The position numbers and the translations under genes were made by a program. DNA of 64,000 bases, taken from contig JBMYOQ010000002.1 in NCBI GenBank assembly GCA_049599475.1, positions 1-64,000 on the forward strand, in the 5' to 3' direction. Shown here one piece after another: positions 48,781 to 57,459 of this stretch; the stretch's first letter is position 1, and every line of letters begins with the position of its first letter. Source of the DNA: Opitutales bacterium. Lineage in GTDB: Bacteria; Verrucomicrobiota; Verrucomicrobiia; Opitutales; JABSRG01. The notes under the pieces are model-generated. The model searched no databases. It saw nothing but the letters and a program-made list of their open reading frames with translations, and was not told where the DNA came from.

Positions 48781-49250
48781 GACTGGCCGAGAATCTTGAC
48801 GTTTTCAAGATCATGCGGTCGCCCCATCGCTTCCTTTGCTTGAATCAAGGTAGGTAGATCGAGTGTTAGGAGGATAGGGGATTCTTTTTCATCACCGAGC
48901 GGAATTTGGATGGTGTGGGGCCTGGCATCTTTGTAGGAGCCCACAGCCTTGACGCTGCCTAGGCAATCCTGCTGTCCCCAATCCGTGAGCAAAGAGATGT
49001 TTTTCCATGTGCGGTCGCAATCAGAAGCCTCGAATGCGCATGGTGGGCGAGCCATACGGTGTTTGGGTTGTAGTTTCTTCAGGCTCTGCCAGAGTTTGCG
49101 AATGTTTCGGGGATTCATATCGCAAAGGATATCTATATCTTGAGTCAGTAGTGAGCTGCCGTGGATGGCTCCAGCCATACCACACACCAAAATGAAGTCT
49201 ACTTGGCCGTTGATCAACTGGATGAGTAAATCGCGGAAGTGTAGAATCAT
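48777..49250 (-). CDS. Nucleotidyltransferase-fold protein 2, possibly decaying
   Basis: LVCGMAG...TQDIDI...LIQAKEAMGRPHD; VCG replaces the usual VGG. Confidence 0.75.
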   Translation of the reverse strand: MILHFRDLLIQLINGQVDFILVCGMAGAIHGSSLLTQDIDILCDMNPRNIRKLWQSLKKLQPKHRMARPPCAFEASDCDRTWKNISLLTDWGQQDCLGSVKAVGSYKDARPHTIQIPLGDEKESPILLTLDLPTLIQAKEAMGRPHDLENVKILGQS

Positions 49251-49390
49251 AAACGTGTTGAAAGGGGTGAGGAAAGCATGAGCTTTTTTGTAAGATTAAA
49301 TAGCCTAGCTGAAGGTTAAAATGACTACTCGGGGCGAAGTAGTGAACCGCGAATCGTGGGATATGGGTATTTGAGGTCGGACTCTCTATT

Positions 49391-49564
49391 ATACGCCATA
49401 TCTTTGAGTATTTTTTGAGCTGAGCGCTCGTTGATTTCACGATGCCGTGGCACCGGCTGCCTCGCTCTTGACTGGGGATTGTGATAGATGTCGTATTTTG
49501 CTCAATGTCTCAGCAGTGTGCGTCCTATTTTTACAAGCTGCTGAATCAGGTCTCTGCGTTTCAT
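49391..49564 (-). pseudogene. hicA: HicA-family toxin pseudogene
   Basis: MKRRDLIQQLVKIGRTLLRH*AKYDIYHNPQSRARQPVPRHREINERSAQKILKDMAY; in-frame TGA at 49502-49504; 3' end approximate. Confidence 0.85.
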
Positions 49565-49757
49565 GCTACCTGGAGCTCATCGACCGTTTTGGTTCCTGGT
49601 ATCAGTTCGTAGATAAATGTTGCGTGAAGATCTTTCAGGTGGAGTTGAAGGTCTTATAAGCGGAACCTTAGATCCAATGGTCGGGATGGCTGTTGAGAAA
49701 ACCAAGGAAGGTGCCGTCCGACTCTTTCCAATATGTATATTTGATCTTAATCCTCAT
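49561..49757 (-). pseudogene. hicB: Short HicB-family antitoxin pseudogene
   Basis: MRIKIKYTYWKESDGTFLGFLNSHPDHWI*G, then a frameshift to DLQLHLKDLHATFIYELIPGTKTVDELQVA*; ATGA overlap with hicA. Confidence 0.8.
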
Positions 49758-49824
49758 TAAACTCCGGTTTGAGATCGTTTAAATCAAGCGAGTAAGGGAG
49801 GCGCGTGAGGCTCTGAAATTAGAA

Positions 49825-49883
49825 ATTTGGTTATTGGCTGTTGGTTGTTGAGATTTGGAGCTTGGGAGTTGGGATTTGGAATT
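49825..49883. repeat. Degenerate (TTGGRAT)n heptamer tract; related tracts at 48426-48485 and 48581-48611
   Basis: atttggttattggctgttggttgttgagatttggagcttgggagttgggatttggaatt. Confidence 0.7.
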
Positions 49884-49951
49884 TTGTTCGAGCGTAGCGG
49901 CAAGACCGGGCGCTCAGTGAACCGGACCATTATGAACCAGGACAAAGTCGA

Positions 49952-50374
49952 TCAGGGGGTCTTGCATCGGATGTCTTTGAAGCAAGCAAAGTCGCTTGGG
50001 TTGTAGGTTACGAGGGTTTCGATTCCGTTTTGTAGCATTACAGCTACGAGTTGAGCGTCATGGATGCGTTTGCCGCTGAGAGTGTGTTGTTTGACTAACT
50101 TGAGCAGGTTTTGAGTCGTTTGTATGTTTTCCTCGAGTTGAAAAAGGAAGCTTCGAAAACGATCAATGTTTTGAACTGCAGACTCTGGCGGCAAACCCAG
50201 GCCATTTCGCTCTATGGGGCGCGTAGCGACAACTGCGTACTCGCGAAACACTTGGCCGCTGGTGTACGCCGTTTGGGTGGATCCTATAATATCTTCAAGA
50301 AAAGCTTGGCAGTCCTTCTGGTGTGCGCGGCTCCTATCCGTAGCCTCTAAAAGAATGTTGGTATCAATAAACAC
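49952..50374 (-). CDS. vapC: PIN-domain VapC toxin
   Basis: FIDTNIL, QVFRE, RIHDAQL, TYNPSDF. Confidence 0.92.
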   Translation of the reverse strand: MFIDTNILLEATDRSRAHQKDCQAFLEDIIGSTQTAYTSGQVFREYAVVATRPIERNGLGLPPESAVQNIDRFRSFLFQLEENIQTTQNLLKLVKQHTLSGKRIHDAQLVAVMLQNGIETLVTYNPSDFACFKDIRCKTP

Positions 50375-50375
50375 G

Positions 50376-50612
50376 TTATCGCCCTTCTGAGGAGTCTTCG
50401 TAAATGGCCGCGCGATTCCAAGAACCCTCCTTGATGCCAGACTCGGCGTAGCAGAGTTCTAGTGAACGTTTGCTTGATGGGAGGGGCAGTTTAGAAGCCG
50501 CTTCAAGGAGATGGTGAATCTCGTGTTGAAGAGACCTGTGATGGCTTTTGGCGCGAGTCTTAAGGGCTTCGAGAGTATGCTCAGGAACGTTGCGAATATG
50601 TATTGATTTCAT
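50376..50612 (-). CDS. vapB: FitA-like RHH antitoxin
   Basis: MKSIHIRNVP...LKTRAKSHHRSLQHEI; directly upstream of the PIN gene. Confidence 0.9.
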   Translation of the reverse strand: MKSIHIRNVPEHTLEALKTRAKSHHRSLQHEIHHLLEAASKLPLPSSKRSLELCYAESGIKEGSWNRAAIYEDSSEGR

Positions 50613-50615
50613 ACT

Positions 50616-50632
50616 GGTATCAAAATGATACC
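50616..50632. promoter_or_regulatory. vapBC operator palindrome
   Basis: GGTATCA-AAA-TGATACC 3 bp from the antitoxin ATG; TTGACC upstream on the minus strand. Confidence 0.7.
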
Positions 50633-50875
50633 GAAGCGTGCGGTCAAATCTTAACCACGAATTGCTGGGAGGCAGGGGTATTTTTATAAATTTCTTAGTC
50701 TGCTTGGGATGGTGTTTGTGCTTTTTGCTGAGTCACTGAATCAGGTTTGAGAGCTGGAATCTTCCGCTTCTTTAAATAATGAGTCAGTCCAGATTGCACT
50801 AACTTGAGGGTGTCTAACGAGTGATTCGGGCTTGTTTTCCATTTTGTGCGATTCACGTATTCGGCCGCGTTGGAG

Positions 50876-50975
50876 CTCACGCGAAGGCGCGAAGACGCGA
50901 AGCTAAACACAGTAATTCACAAGTTCCAGAACCCAAGCTTCGGGTCTTTGCGCCTTGAGCGCTAGTGGGCGTGAG
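50876..50975. repeat. Inverted pair of CGCGAAG-type tandem repeats
   Basis: ctcacgcgaaggcgcgaagacgcgaagct versus agcttcgggtctttgcgcctt[gagcgctagtgg]gcgtgag. Confidence 0.75.
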
Positions 50976-51016
50976 TAATTTATTTACCAGCATACATAGA
51001 TCATCACCTGTTTCTT

Positions 51017-51070
51017 GAGCGTGCTCGGCGGGTTGACTGAAGCTGGGTGCCGTCGGGTGCTGAAGGAACA
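51017..51070. repeat. ~55-bp inverted repeat, right copy
   Basis: Reverse complement matches 48486-48540, ending ...gctgaaggaaca. Confidence 0.85.
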
Positions 51071-51482
51071 GAGATGAAGTTTTTGGATGCCTGTAGGTCT
51101 GTGCGGGGGAGACGTTTCCGCTGGAATCGTTCCTTAGGCGATTTTTCAAGTGTGAAAGTGGAGGGAGGTCAGGTAGGAGGTGTGCGTTACTTGGGGCGTG
51201 AGCCTTGTGAAACGGCTTGGTCGGGTTCTGTTACCTTAGTCCGCAGCCGGGGTATTCTAGTTGGCGCTCGTTTATTGGACCCAAATCACGGCGCTAGAAT
51301 GGCCTATTAATGCGAACTCAATCTCGAAAACGGGACTTGATTCAGGCTGCCTACATAGAGGAGGTTGAAGCTCGGTTTTATCAAAATTTAGCTGAAACTT
51401 TTTCGTTTCGAGTTGAAATTCTGTACGGGGATGTGTGCCTTGGTGCTGTAATTGCTCTGACTGCTTTACTGCTTTCTCTACT

Positions 51483-53027
51483 ATGAAACGTCTCTTTTTC
51501 CTTTTTTCATTGCTTTGCTATTTGTCGCCATTGGGCCTGTTGGCCGCAGGGGGTGGCGATTCCCATGAGAGTTCGGGCTTTCCGATTGCCTTGGAGGAAT
51601 ATCATGATGAGGACGTCGATTCTGTCCTTGGTAAGCTGCAGTATCGTATCGAGCAGGATCCTTTTAACTTGGTTGCGACCATTATCTTCTTCATGGCGAT
51701 CCTCCATACGTTCATGGCTGGGAAGTTCATGGATATGGCTCACAAGTTCCATCATGATCATGAGCATAAGATTAAGGAGAAGGGCCTGACTGCTGAGGCG
51801 AAGCCGTATAAGAATGCGAAAGATGACGTCAGCTTTAAGAGTGAACTCTTTCACTACCTGGGCGAGGTGGAAGCCATTTTTGGTATTTGGGTGGTGCCAC
51901 TGCTCGTTGCTGTTGCAGTGTTTCACGGTTGGGGTGGGGTCACCGATTATCTCCATTATTCCCCTGACTCGGTCAACTACACCGAGCCTATGTTCGTGGT
52001 TATCATCATGGCGATCGCGTCTACGCGGCCTGTTATGTATTTTTCTGAGCAGAGTCTAAAGAAGGTCGCGGATATCGGTAAGGGGAGTCCGGCGGCATGG
52101 TGGTTGAGCATTCTCACGATCGCACCGATTCTCGGATCCTTCATAACGGAGCCAGCGGCGATGACGATTGCGGCGATTCTTCTTGGTAAAACTTTCTATG
52201 ATTTACAGCCGAGTGCCAAATTCTCCTATGCGACTCTGGGACTTCTTTTCGTCAATATCTCTGTCGGGGGCACTTTGACTCACTTTGCGGCGCCGCCGGT
52301 TTTGATGGTCGCGGGCACTTGGGGATGGGACATGCCGTTCATGTTCTCAAACTTCGGCTGGAAGGCTGTTTTGGGTATTTTAATCGCGAATGCGGCCTAT
52401 TTCACGGTATTTGCCAAGGATTTTAAGGCCCTGAACGAGAAGGCTCAGAGCCTGAAGGCGCAGTCTGCTGACGAGTTGAAAGAAGAGCCGGTTCCATTTT
52501 GGATCACTCTGGTACACCTCTTTTTCATTGGTTGGACGGTTTTCAATCTCCACTACCCGCCGCTGTTCATTGGAGGTTTCCTCTTTTTCTTGGCATTTAC
52601 CAACATGACTGCGACTCACCAGAGCAAGGTTTCTCTGAAAACTCCGATGCTCGTGGGATTCTTCCTCGCGGGTCTCGTCACGCACGGCGGTTTGCAAAAG
52701 TGGTGGATCGCCCCCGTCTTAGGGTCTTTATCCGAGATTCCACTGTTCGCTGGTTCGACGATTCTGACGGCGTTTAATGACAATGCCGCGATTACTTACC
52801 TTGCATCATTGGTTCCTTCTTTTGCTACTGCAAAGGATCTTCAGTATGCTGTTGTCGCGGGTGCGGTAACTGGCGGGGGATTGACTGTCATCGCAAACGC
52901 ACCCAATCCCGCAGGTCAGTCCATTCTGAACAAATATTTCGTAGGAGGTGTTTCCCCAGCGAAATTAGCCATGGGCTCCATCTTTCCAACTCTGGTGATG
53001 GCGGCGTGCTTCATGTTTATTCGGTAA
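51483..53027 (+). CDS. Putative Na+/H+ antiporter (IT superfamily)
   Basis: GEVEAIFG, SFITEPAAMT, DNAAITYL, GGGLTVIANAPNPAG; many TM segments. Confidence 0.85.
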   Translation: MKRLFFLFSLLCYLSPLGLLAAGGGDSHESSGFPIALEEYHDEDVDSVLGKLQYRIEQDPFNLVATIIFFMAILHTFMAGKFMDMAHKFHHDHEHKIKEKGLTAEAKPYKNAKDDVSFKSELFHYLGEVEAIFGIWVVPLLVAVAVFHGWGGVTDYLHYSPDSVNYTEPMFVVIIMAIASTRPVMYFSEQSLKKVADIGKGSPAAWWLSILTIAPILGSFITEPAAMTIAAILLGKTFYDLQPSAKFSYATLGLLFVNISVGGTLTHFAAPPVLMVAGTWGWDMPFMFSNFGWKAVLGILIANAAYFTVFAKDFKALNEKAQSLKAQSADELKEEPVPFWITLVHLFFIGWTVFNLHYPPLFIGGFLFFLAFTNMTATHQSKVSLKTPMLVGFFLAGLVTHGGLQKWWIAPVLGSLSEIPLFAGSTILTAFNDNAAITYLASLVPSFATAKDLQYAVVAGAVTGGGLTVIANAPNPAGQSILNKYFVGGVSPAKLAMGSIFPTLVMAACFMFIR

Positions 53028-53064
53028 AGACCACCGCACATAAACCTTTTAATCTGACACAGGC

Positions 53065-53343
53065 CTAGTCGATCGATCCGACTAGGTCTGCTATTTTACG
53101 GTGACTTTCGATTGGATTCGATAGCTGGCGATCAACGAGGATTTCGTAGGTGTTCTGGCGCCCGACGCGTTTGCGGCGCAGATATCCCCCCACTTCAAGG
53201 TCCGCTACAATACGCTGCACGGCGCGTTCGGTGATGCCGATCGTCGCCGCGACTTCGCGTAGGGGCTGATTGGGTTTGTGCGCGATACAGGTCAAGACCT
53301 GTGCGTGGTTTGTAAAAAACGACCAGTGGTTTCCCATTGTCAT
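53065..53343 (-). CDS. Small winged-HTH transcriptional regulator
   Basis: WSFFTNHAQVL...REVAATIGITERAVQRIVADL...GRQNTY. Confidence 0.9.
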   Translation of the reverse strand: MTMGNHWSFFTNHAQVLTCIAHKPNQPLREVAATIGITERAVQRIVADLEVGGYLRRKRVGRQNTYEILVDRQLSNPIESHRKIADLVGSID

Positions 53344-53452
53344 AGCTTAATAAGGCAATTTTATCGGGAAACGCATTGCATGAAACAAAAAACATGAAAA
53401 AATTGTCGGTTTAGCTTGCGTTCGCGAAAATGCGTCATCTATTTCGTGTATT

Positions 53453-54358
53453 ATGAAACGCTACAGGAGCATCGTATCTCCCCTGTCTCTTACCGAGGCA
53501 GACAAATCCATCGTTCAGTGGACGTCCAAAGTGACGCGTCTCGCTGAATCTCAGAAAGTAATTTTCGTCCACCCTATGGACATCGGTGAAATCCCCGAAG
53601 AGGCGAAAGCCAAGTATCCATGGCTGGCGGCTCCGATCGGCGAAAAGGCGATCGAAGAGATGAAGAAGACCGTCGATGCGCTTTGGGATGGTCATCCGGG
53701 CGTCGAGATAGAATTCAAGGCACTGGATAAACCGAGTCAGGCGCTCGCCATCCTAGAGGTCGTTCTGGAAGCCTCTGCCGATCTCGTTTTGGTATGTAGA
53801 GGTGCCTTTGGTAATGATTTGGCAATACGATTAGCGCGCAAGGCTCCATGCTCTGTGATGGTATTGCCTAAGGGATCCGAGGCGCAGTTGAGGAATATCA
53901 CGGTCCCTGTGGACTTCTCTGTTCACTCTAGTCGCGCAATGGATGTGGCTACCGCGTTTGCGTCAGCTGAAGGACTCGAGAAGATTACGAGTGTTCATGT
54001 TTACAGCACCGGACGCATGTCACACCGAGCTACAATTCCTGCGGAAGAGCTCACTCAGCTGACACTTGATCACGTGAAAACGAAGCATGATGAGTTCTTA
54101 GATTCTGAGGATTTGAAAGGTCTTGAGGTTACTCGGGAACACGTGTGCAGTATGATTAAGCCTCAGGCTATTGTCAGCGAAGCTAAGCGCAATGGTTCTG
54201 ACATTATAGTGCTTGGATGTCGAGGTAAGGACACGATTGCAGCTCTCTTATTGGGCAGTGTTACCGAAGAGCTTATGCGGATTTCGGACGTGCCGGTGAT
54301 TGCAGCGAAAGAAAAGGGCACAGGTCTCAGCTTAGTGAAAGCCCTTTTAGGAAATTAA
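53453..54358 (+). CDS. Tandem-domain universal stress protein
   Basis: RKAPCSV, VPVDFS, IIVLGCRG...LLGSVTE. Confidence 0.9.
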   Translation: MKRYRSIVSPLSLTEADKSIVQWTSKVTRLAESQKVIFVHPMDIGEIPEEAKAKYPWLAAPIGEKAIEEMKKTVDALWDGHPGVEIEFKALDKPSQALAILEVVLEASADLVLVCRGAFGNDLAIRLARKAPCSVMVLPKGSEAQLRNITVPVDFSVHSSRAMDVATAFASAEGLEKITSVHVYSTGRMSHRATIPAEELTQLTLDHVKTKHDEFLDSEDLKGLEVTREHVCSMIKPQAIVSEAKRNGSDIIVLGCRGKDTIAALLLGSVTEELMRISDVPVIAAKEKGTGLSLVKALLGN

Positions 54359-54373
54359 AGGAAAGCCTCTCCA

Positions 54374-56686
54374 ATGGTTCTGCTAGCTACACTTTGTATA
54401 TTGCTTGCTGCTGTACCCTGGGCATTTTGCGTCGGGAAGCTGAACAACCGGATGCGCGGACTGCTGTTAATGGCGCCTGCGTTTGTGGTTTTTCTTCTTT
54501 TAATCGGCCCACTCGCCTCGGAGTATTTAAAGGTTGGGGAAGTCGCCTACCAGTTTGAGTGGGTGCCTCAACTCGATTTGAGCTTTGCGCTTCGGCTACA
54601 CGGAGTGGGATTGCTTCTCGCTCTGTTAGTCACAGGGATTGGATCATTCATCATGCTCTATGCTAGCGGGTATATGGACGGGTATCCGGGGGCGAATAAG
54701 TTGTATGGGTATCTCTATGCATTCATGCTCGCGATGTTGGGCTTGGCTCTCTCGGACCACCTCCTCCTCACCTTTATCTTTTGGGAGCTCACGAGTATTA
54801 CGTCCTATCTTTTAATAGGGTTCAATCATGAGAAATCTGAGTCTCGCCGTAATGCATTACAGGCGCTCTTAGTCACAGGCCTGGGCGGGATGGCTTTGAT
54901 GGCAGGCTTCATATTGCTCGCCCAAGTGTATGACACCTGGATCCTTTCGGAAATCCTATCTTCTTCGATACAAGTAACTGAGCACGCTTGGTATCCCGCG
55001 ATTTTGATTTTGGTCGCACTAGGTGCCTTTACTAAATCCGCTCAATTCCCGTTCCACTTCTGGTTGCCCAACGCGATGGCGGCGCCGACGCCCGTGAGTG
55101 CTTATTTACACTCCGCTACGATGGTGAAGGCTGGAGTCTATTTGCTAGCTCTCATGCTTCCGATTCTAGGTGGCACGCAAATGTGGACTCTGATGCTCTG
55201 TATTGCTGGAGGAATTACGCTAATCCTCGGTGGTTGGTTTGGGCTTCAGCAGAATGATCTCAAAAAACTTTTGGCGGGAACGACTTTGGCAGTTTTGGGC
55301 TTGTTGACGTTTTTGCTCGGTCTGGGGACTGAGAAGGCTGCGTTGGCGGCAATATTATTCTTATTAGGACACGCCCTGTATAAGGCGACTTTGTTCATGG
55401 TCGCGGGTTCAATTGATCATGAGGCGGGTACGCGTGACATACGGATCTTGGGCTCTCTCAGAGGGCTAATGCCTGTTACGTGTGCGGCAGCGCTCATCGC
55501 AGCCGTCTCCAAAATGGGCCTCCCTCCGTTATTCGGGTTTATAGGCAAGGAGTACACTTACAAAGCGACATTGGCGGGGGGGGCGGCATTCTGGATGTCA
55601 GCTCTTCTGATTGTTGGAAACGCGATTTTATTCGCTCTAGCATTTAAGGCAGGTGTGCTTCCTTTTTGGAAGAAGGGGGACGTCTCAGAACTTCCTAAAA
55701 AGCCGCACGAAGCCCCTCTCTCGATGTATGCCGGACCGGTTGTGTTATCTCTGTTGGGTCTAGTCTTTGGACTGTTTCCAGCACTGGTTAAGCCTCTAGT
55801 TCAGGCGTGCATGACATTGATGGCGCCTGCTGCTGATCCTATAAGCATCAAGCTGTGGGCTGGGTTTAACCTTCCCCTGCTACTGAGTGGAGTCACCGTC
55901 GCTCTGGGCGCGGTGATCGTTGTGCTTGGGAAGCGGATACAACTATTCGCTGAGAAAGTGAAAATGCGAACCTTCGATGAATACTACGATGTGTTCTTAA
56001 AAGGAGTTGTAGGCTTGGCCAATTGGCAGACCCGTACGCTTCAATCTGGAAATTTGAGGCACTATTTGATCATTATTCTTTGCGGATCGTTTGCCTTGGT
56101 TGCTTACAAGCTCAGCAATTCAGGCCAATTTGGTTTGGGCGATCAGGTGCAGTCGTTCTCTTGGCCAGCAGTGTTCATTATCCTTACAATGTTTCCAGCT
56201 ATCCTCTTTGCGATCACTACGCAAAATAGGATTACAGCACTCATCGCACTGGGGGTCATTGGCTTTGGTATCGCGTTAATTTTTGCAATTTACAGTGCGC
56301 CAGACCTAGCGATCACTCAAATCTTGGTGGAAACTCTCACCGTTGCCCTGTTCGCTTGGGTGGTTTCGAAACTACCCAAACTGCGTATGATTTCGGACAA
56401 GAGTAAATTATTCTGGGATGCGCTCATCAGTATTTCGGCCGGAGCTTTGGTGACTATCATGGTCCTTAAATCTAAGGCCGTAGATCTGGGAACGCGGATC
56501 TCTGATCAGCTGACAGCCTGGAGTTACCCGGAAGCACATGGCAGTAATGTGGTGAATGTAATACTCGTCGATTTTAGAGCCTTAGATACTCTAGGTGAAG
56601 TCGTGGTTCTCTTTATCGCGGCTGTAGGGGTCTGGGCCTTACTCTCAAACAGCAAAAAAATCACTGAGAAGGAGGTGTCTCAATGA
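54374..56686 (+). CDS. mrpA: Mrp Na+/H+ antiporter subunit A
   Basis: FWELTS, TKSAQFPFHFWLPNAMAAPTPVSAYLHSATMVKAG, APDLAITQ, VDFRALDTLGE. Confidence 0.96.
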   Translation: MVLLATLCILLAAVPWAFCVGKLNNRMRGLLLMAPAFVVFLLLIGPLASEYLKVGEVAYQFEWVPQLDLSFALRLHGVGLLLALLVTGIGSFIMLYASGYMDGYPGANKLYGYLYAFMLAMLGLALSDHLLLTFIFWELTSITSYLLIGFNHEKSESRRNALQALLVTGLGGMALMAGFILLAQVYDTWILSEILSSSIQVTEHAWYPAILILVALGAFTKSAQFPFHFWLPNAMAAPTPVSAYLHSATMVKAGVYLLALMLPILGGTQMWTLMLCIAGGITLILGGWFGLQQNDLKKLLAGTTLAVLGLLTFLLGLGTEKAALAAILFLLGHALYKATLFMVAGSIDHEAGTRDIRILGSLRGLMPVTCAAALIAAVSKMGLPPLFGFIGKEYTYKATLAGGAAFWMSALLIVGNAILFALAFKAGVLPFWKKGDVSELPKKPHEAPLSMYAGPVVLSLLGLVFGLFPALVKPLVQACMTLMAPAADPISIKLWAGFNLPLLLSGVTVALGAVIVVLGKRIQLFAEKVKMRTFDEYYDVFLKGVVGLANWQTRTLQSGNLRHYLIIILCGSFALVAYKLSNSGQFGLGDQVQSFSWPAVFIILTMFPAILFAITTQNRITALIALGVIGFGIALIFAIYSAPDLAITQILVETLTVALFAWVVSKLPKLRMISDKSKLFWDALISISAGALVTIMVLKSKAVDLGTRISDQLTAWSYPEAHGSNVVNVILVDFRALDTLGEVVVLFIAAVGVWALLSNSKKITEKEVSQ

Positions 56687-57105
56687 ATTCCTTACTGATG
56701 AGTATCGCGGCACGCTATCTGGTACCACTTCTTTGGATACTGTCTATTTGTGTGCTTTACCGAGGACACAACCTTCCGGGAGGCGGATTTATCGGGGGGC
56801 TATTAGGAGCTTCAGCCATACTGCTGATCGCACTGGTAGAAGGGTGGGATCGTGCCAAGCGGGCGACTCCGTTTGAGCCGATCACTATCATGATAATCGG
56901 TTTGAGCATCGCGATCCTGAGTGGCTTTGTAGGCATCTTCGCTGGAGGGAATTTTCTACAGGGTATCTGGTTGCCCTTTTTCGACGCTCCTCTTTTGGGC
57001 AAGGTCAAGCTGGGGACGCCACTCCTATTTGATGTAGGCGTATACTTTGTAGTTATTGGATTCACCGTTAAGAGCGCTCAGGCGCTGGGAACAGAGGAAG
57101 GATAA
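56683..57105 (+). CDS. mrpB: Mrp subunit B
   Basis: GHNLPGGGFIGG, FDVGVY. Confidence 0.95.
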   Translation: MNSLLMSIAARYLVPLLWILSICVLYRGHNLPGGGFIGGLLGASAILLIALVEGWDRAKRATPFEPITIMIIGLSIAILSGFVGIFAGGNFLQGIWLPFFDAPLLGKVKLGTPLLFDVGVYFVVIGFTVKSAQALGTEEG

Positions 57106-57459
57106 ATGGATTTCTTAATTTCTATATTAATTGGGGCTCTTTTCGCGGGAGGTGTATTCTGCCTGTTGCGTCGGAGTTTGATGCGATTGATCATCGGCAT
57201 AATGCTGCTGAGTCAGGCTGCGAATTTGCTGGTATTTGCTGCGGGAGGGCTGACTACTTCGGTTCCGGCCTTTGCTGAGAGTGCTACCAAGTTGCCGCCG
57301 GTTGCACATGCGGATCCTTTGCCGCAAGCCCTTGTTCTTACCGCGATTGTTATCGGGTTTGGACTCGTTGTATTCACAATTTCATTATTGCTAAAGGCTT
57401 ACCGCGCGGTGGGCAGCGATGATATAAACGCTTTTGATCAAACCGACCGTATCTCATGA
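57106..57459 (+). CDS. mrpC: Mrp subunit C
   Basis: ADPLPQALVLTAIVIGF. Confidence 0.96.
   Translation: MDFLISILIGALFAGGVFCLLRRSLMRLIIGIMLLSQAANLLVFAAGGLTTSVPAFAESATKLPPVAHADPLPQALVLTAIVIGFGLVVFTISLLLKAYRAVGSDDINAFDQTDRIS

Noticed and set aside
49021..49440. 139-aa ORF that looked like a ParE/RelE remnant
   Set aside because: Explained as an off-frame reading of hicA and NTase 2
47110..51070. Integron/attC array or CRISPR array
   Set aside because: No RYYYAAC...GTTRRRY attC cores found by eye, no intI, and no constant repeat with regular spacers or cas genes
51290..51301. ops-like GGCGCTAGAATG
   Set aside because: No JUMPstart context and it points away from the glycan locus
50695..51310. 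Short ORFs of 71-90 aa
   Set aside because: Composed partly of repeat sequence with no family motifs; treated as spurious
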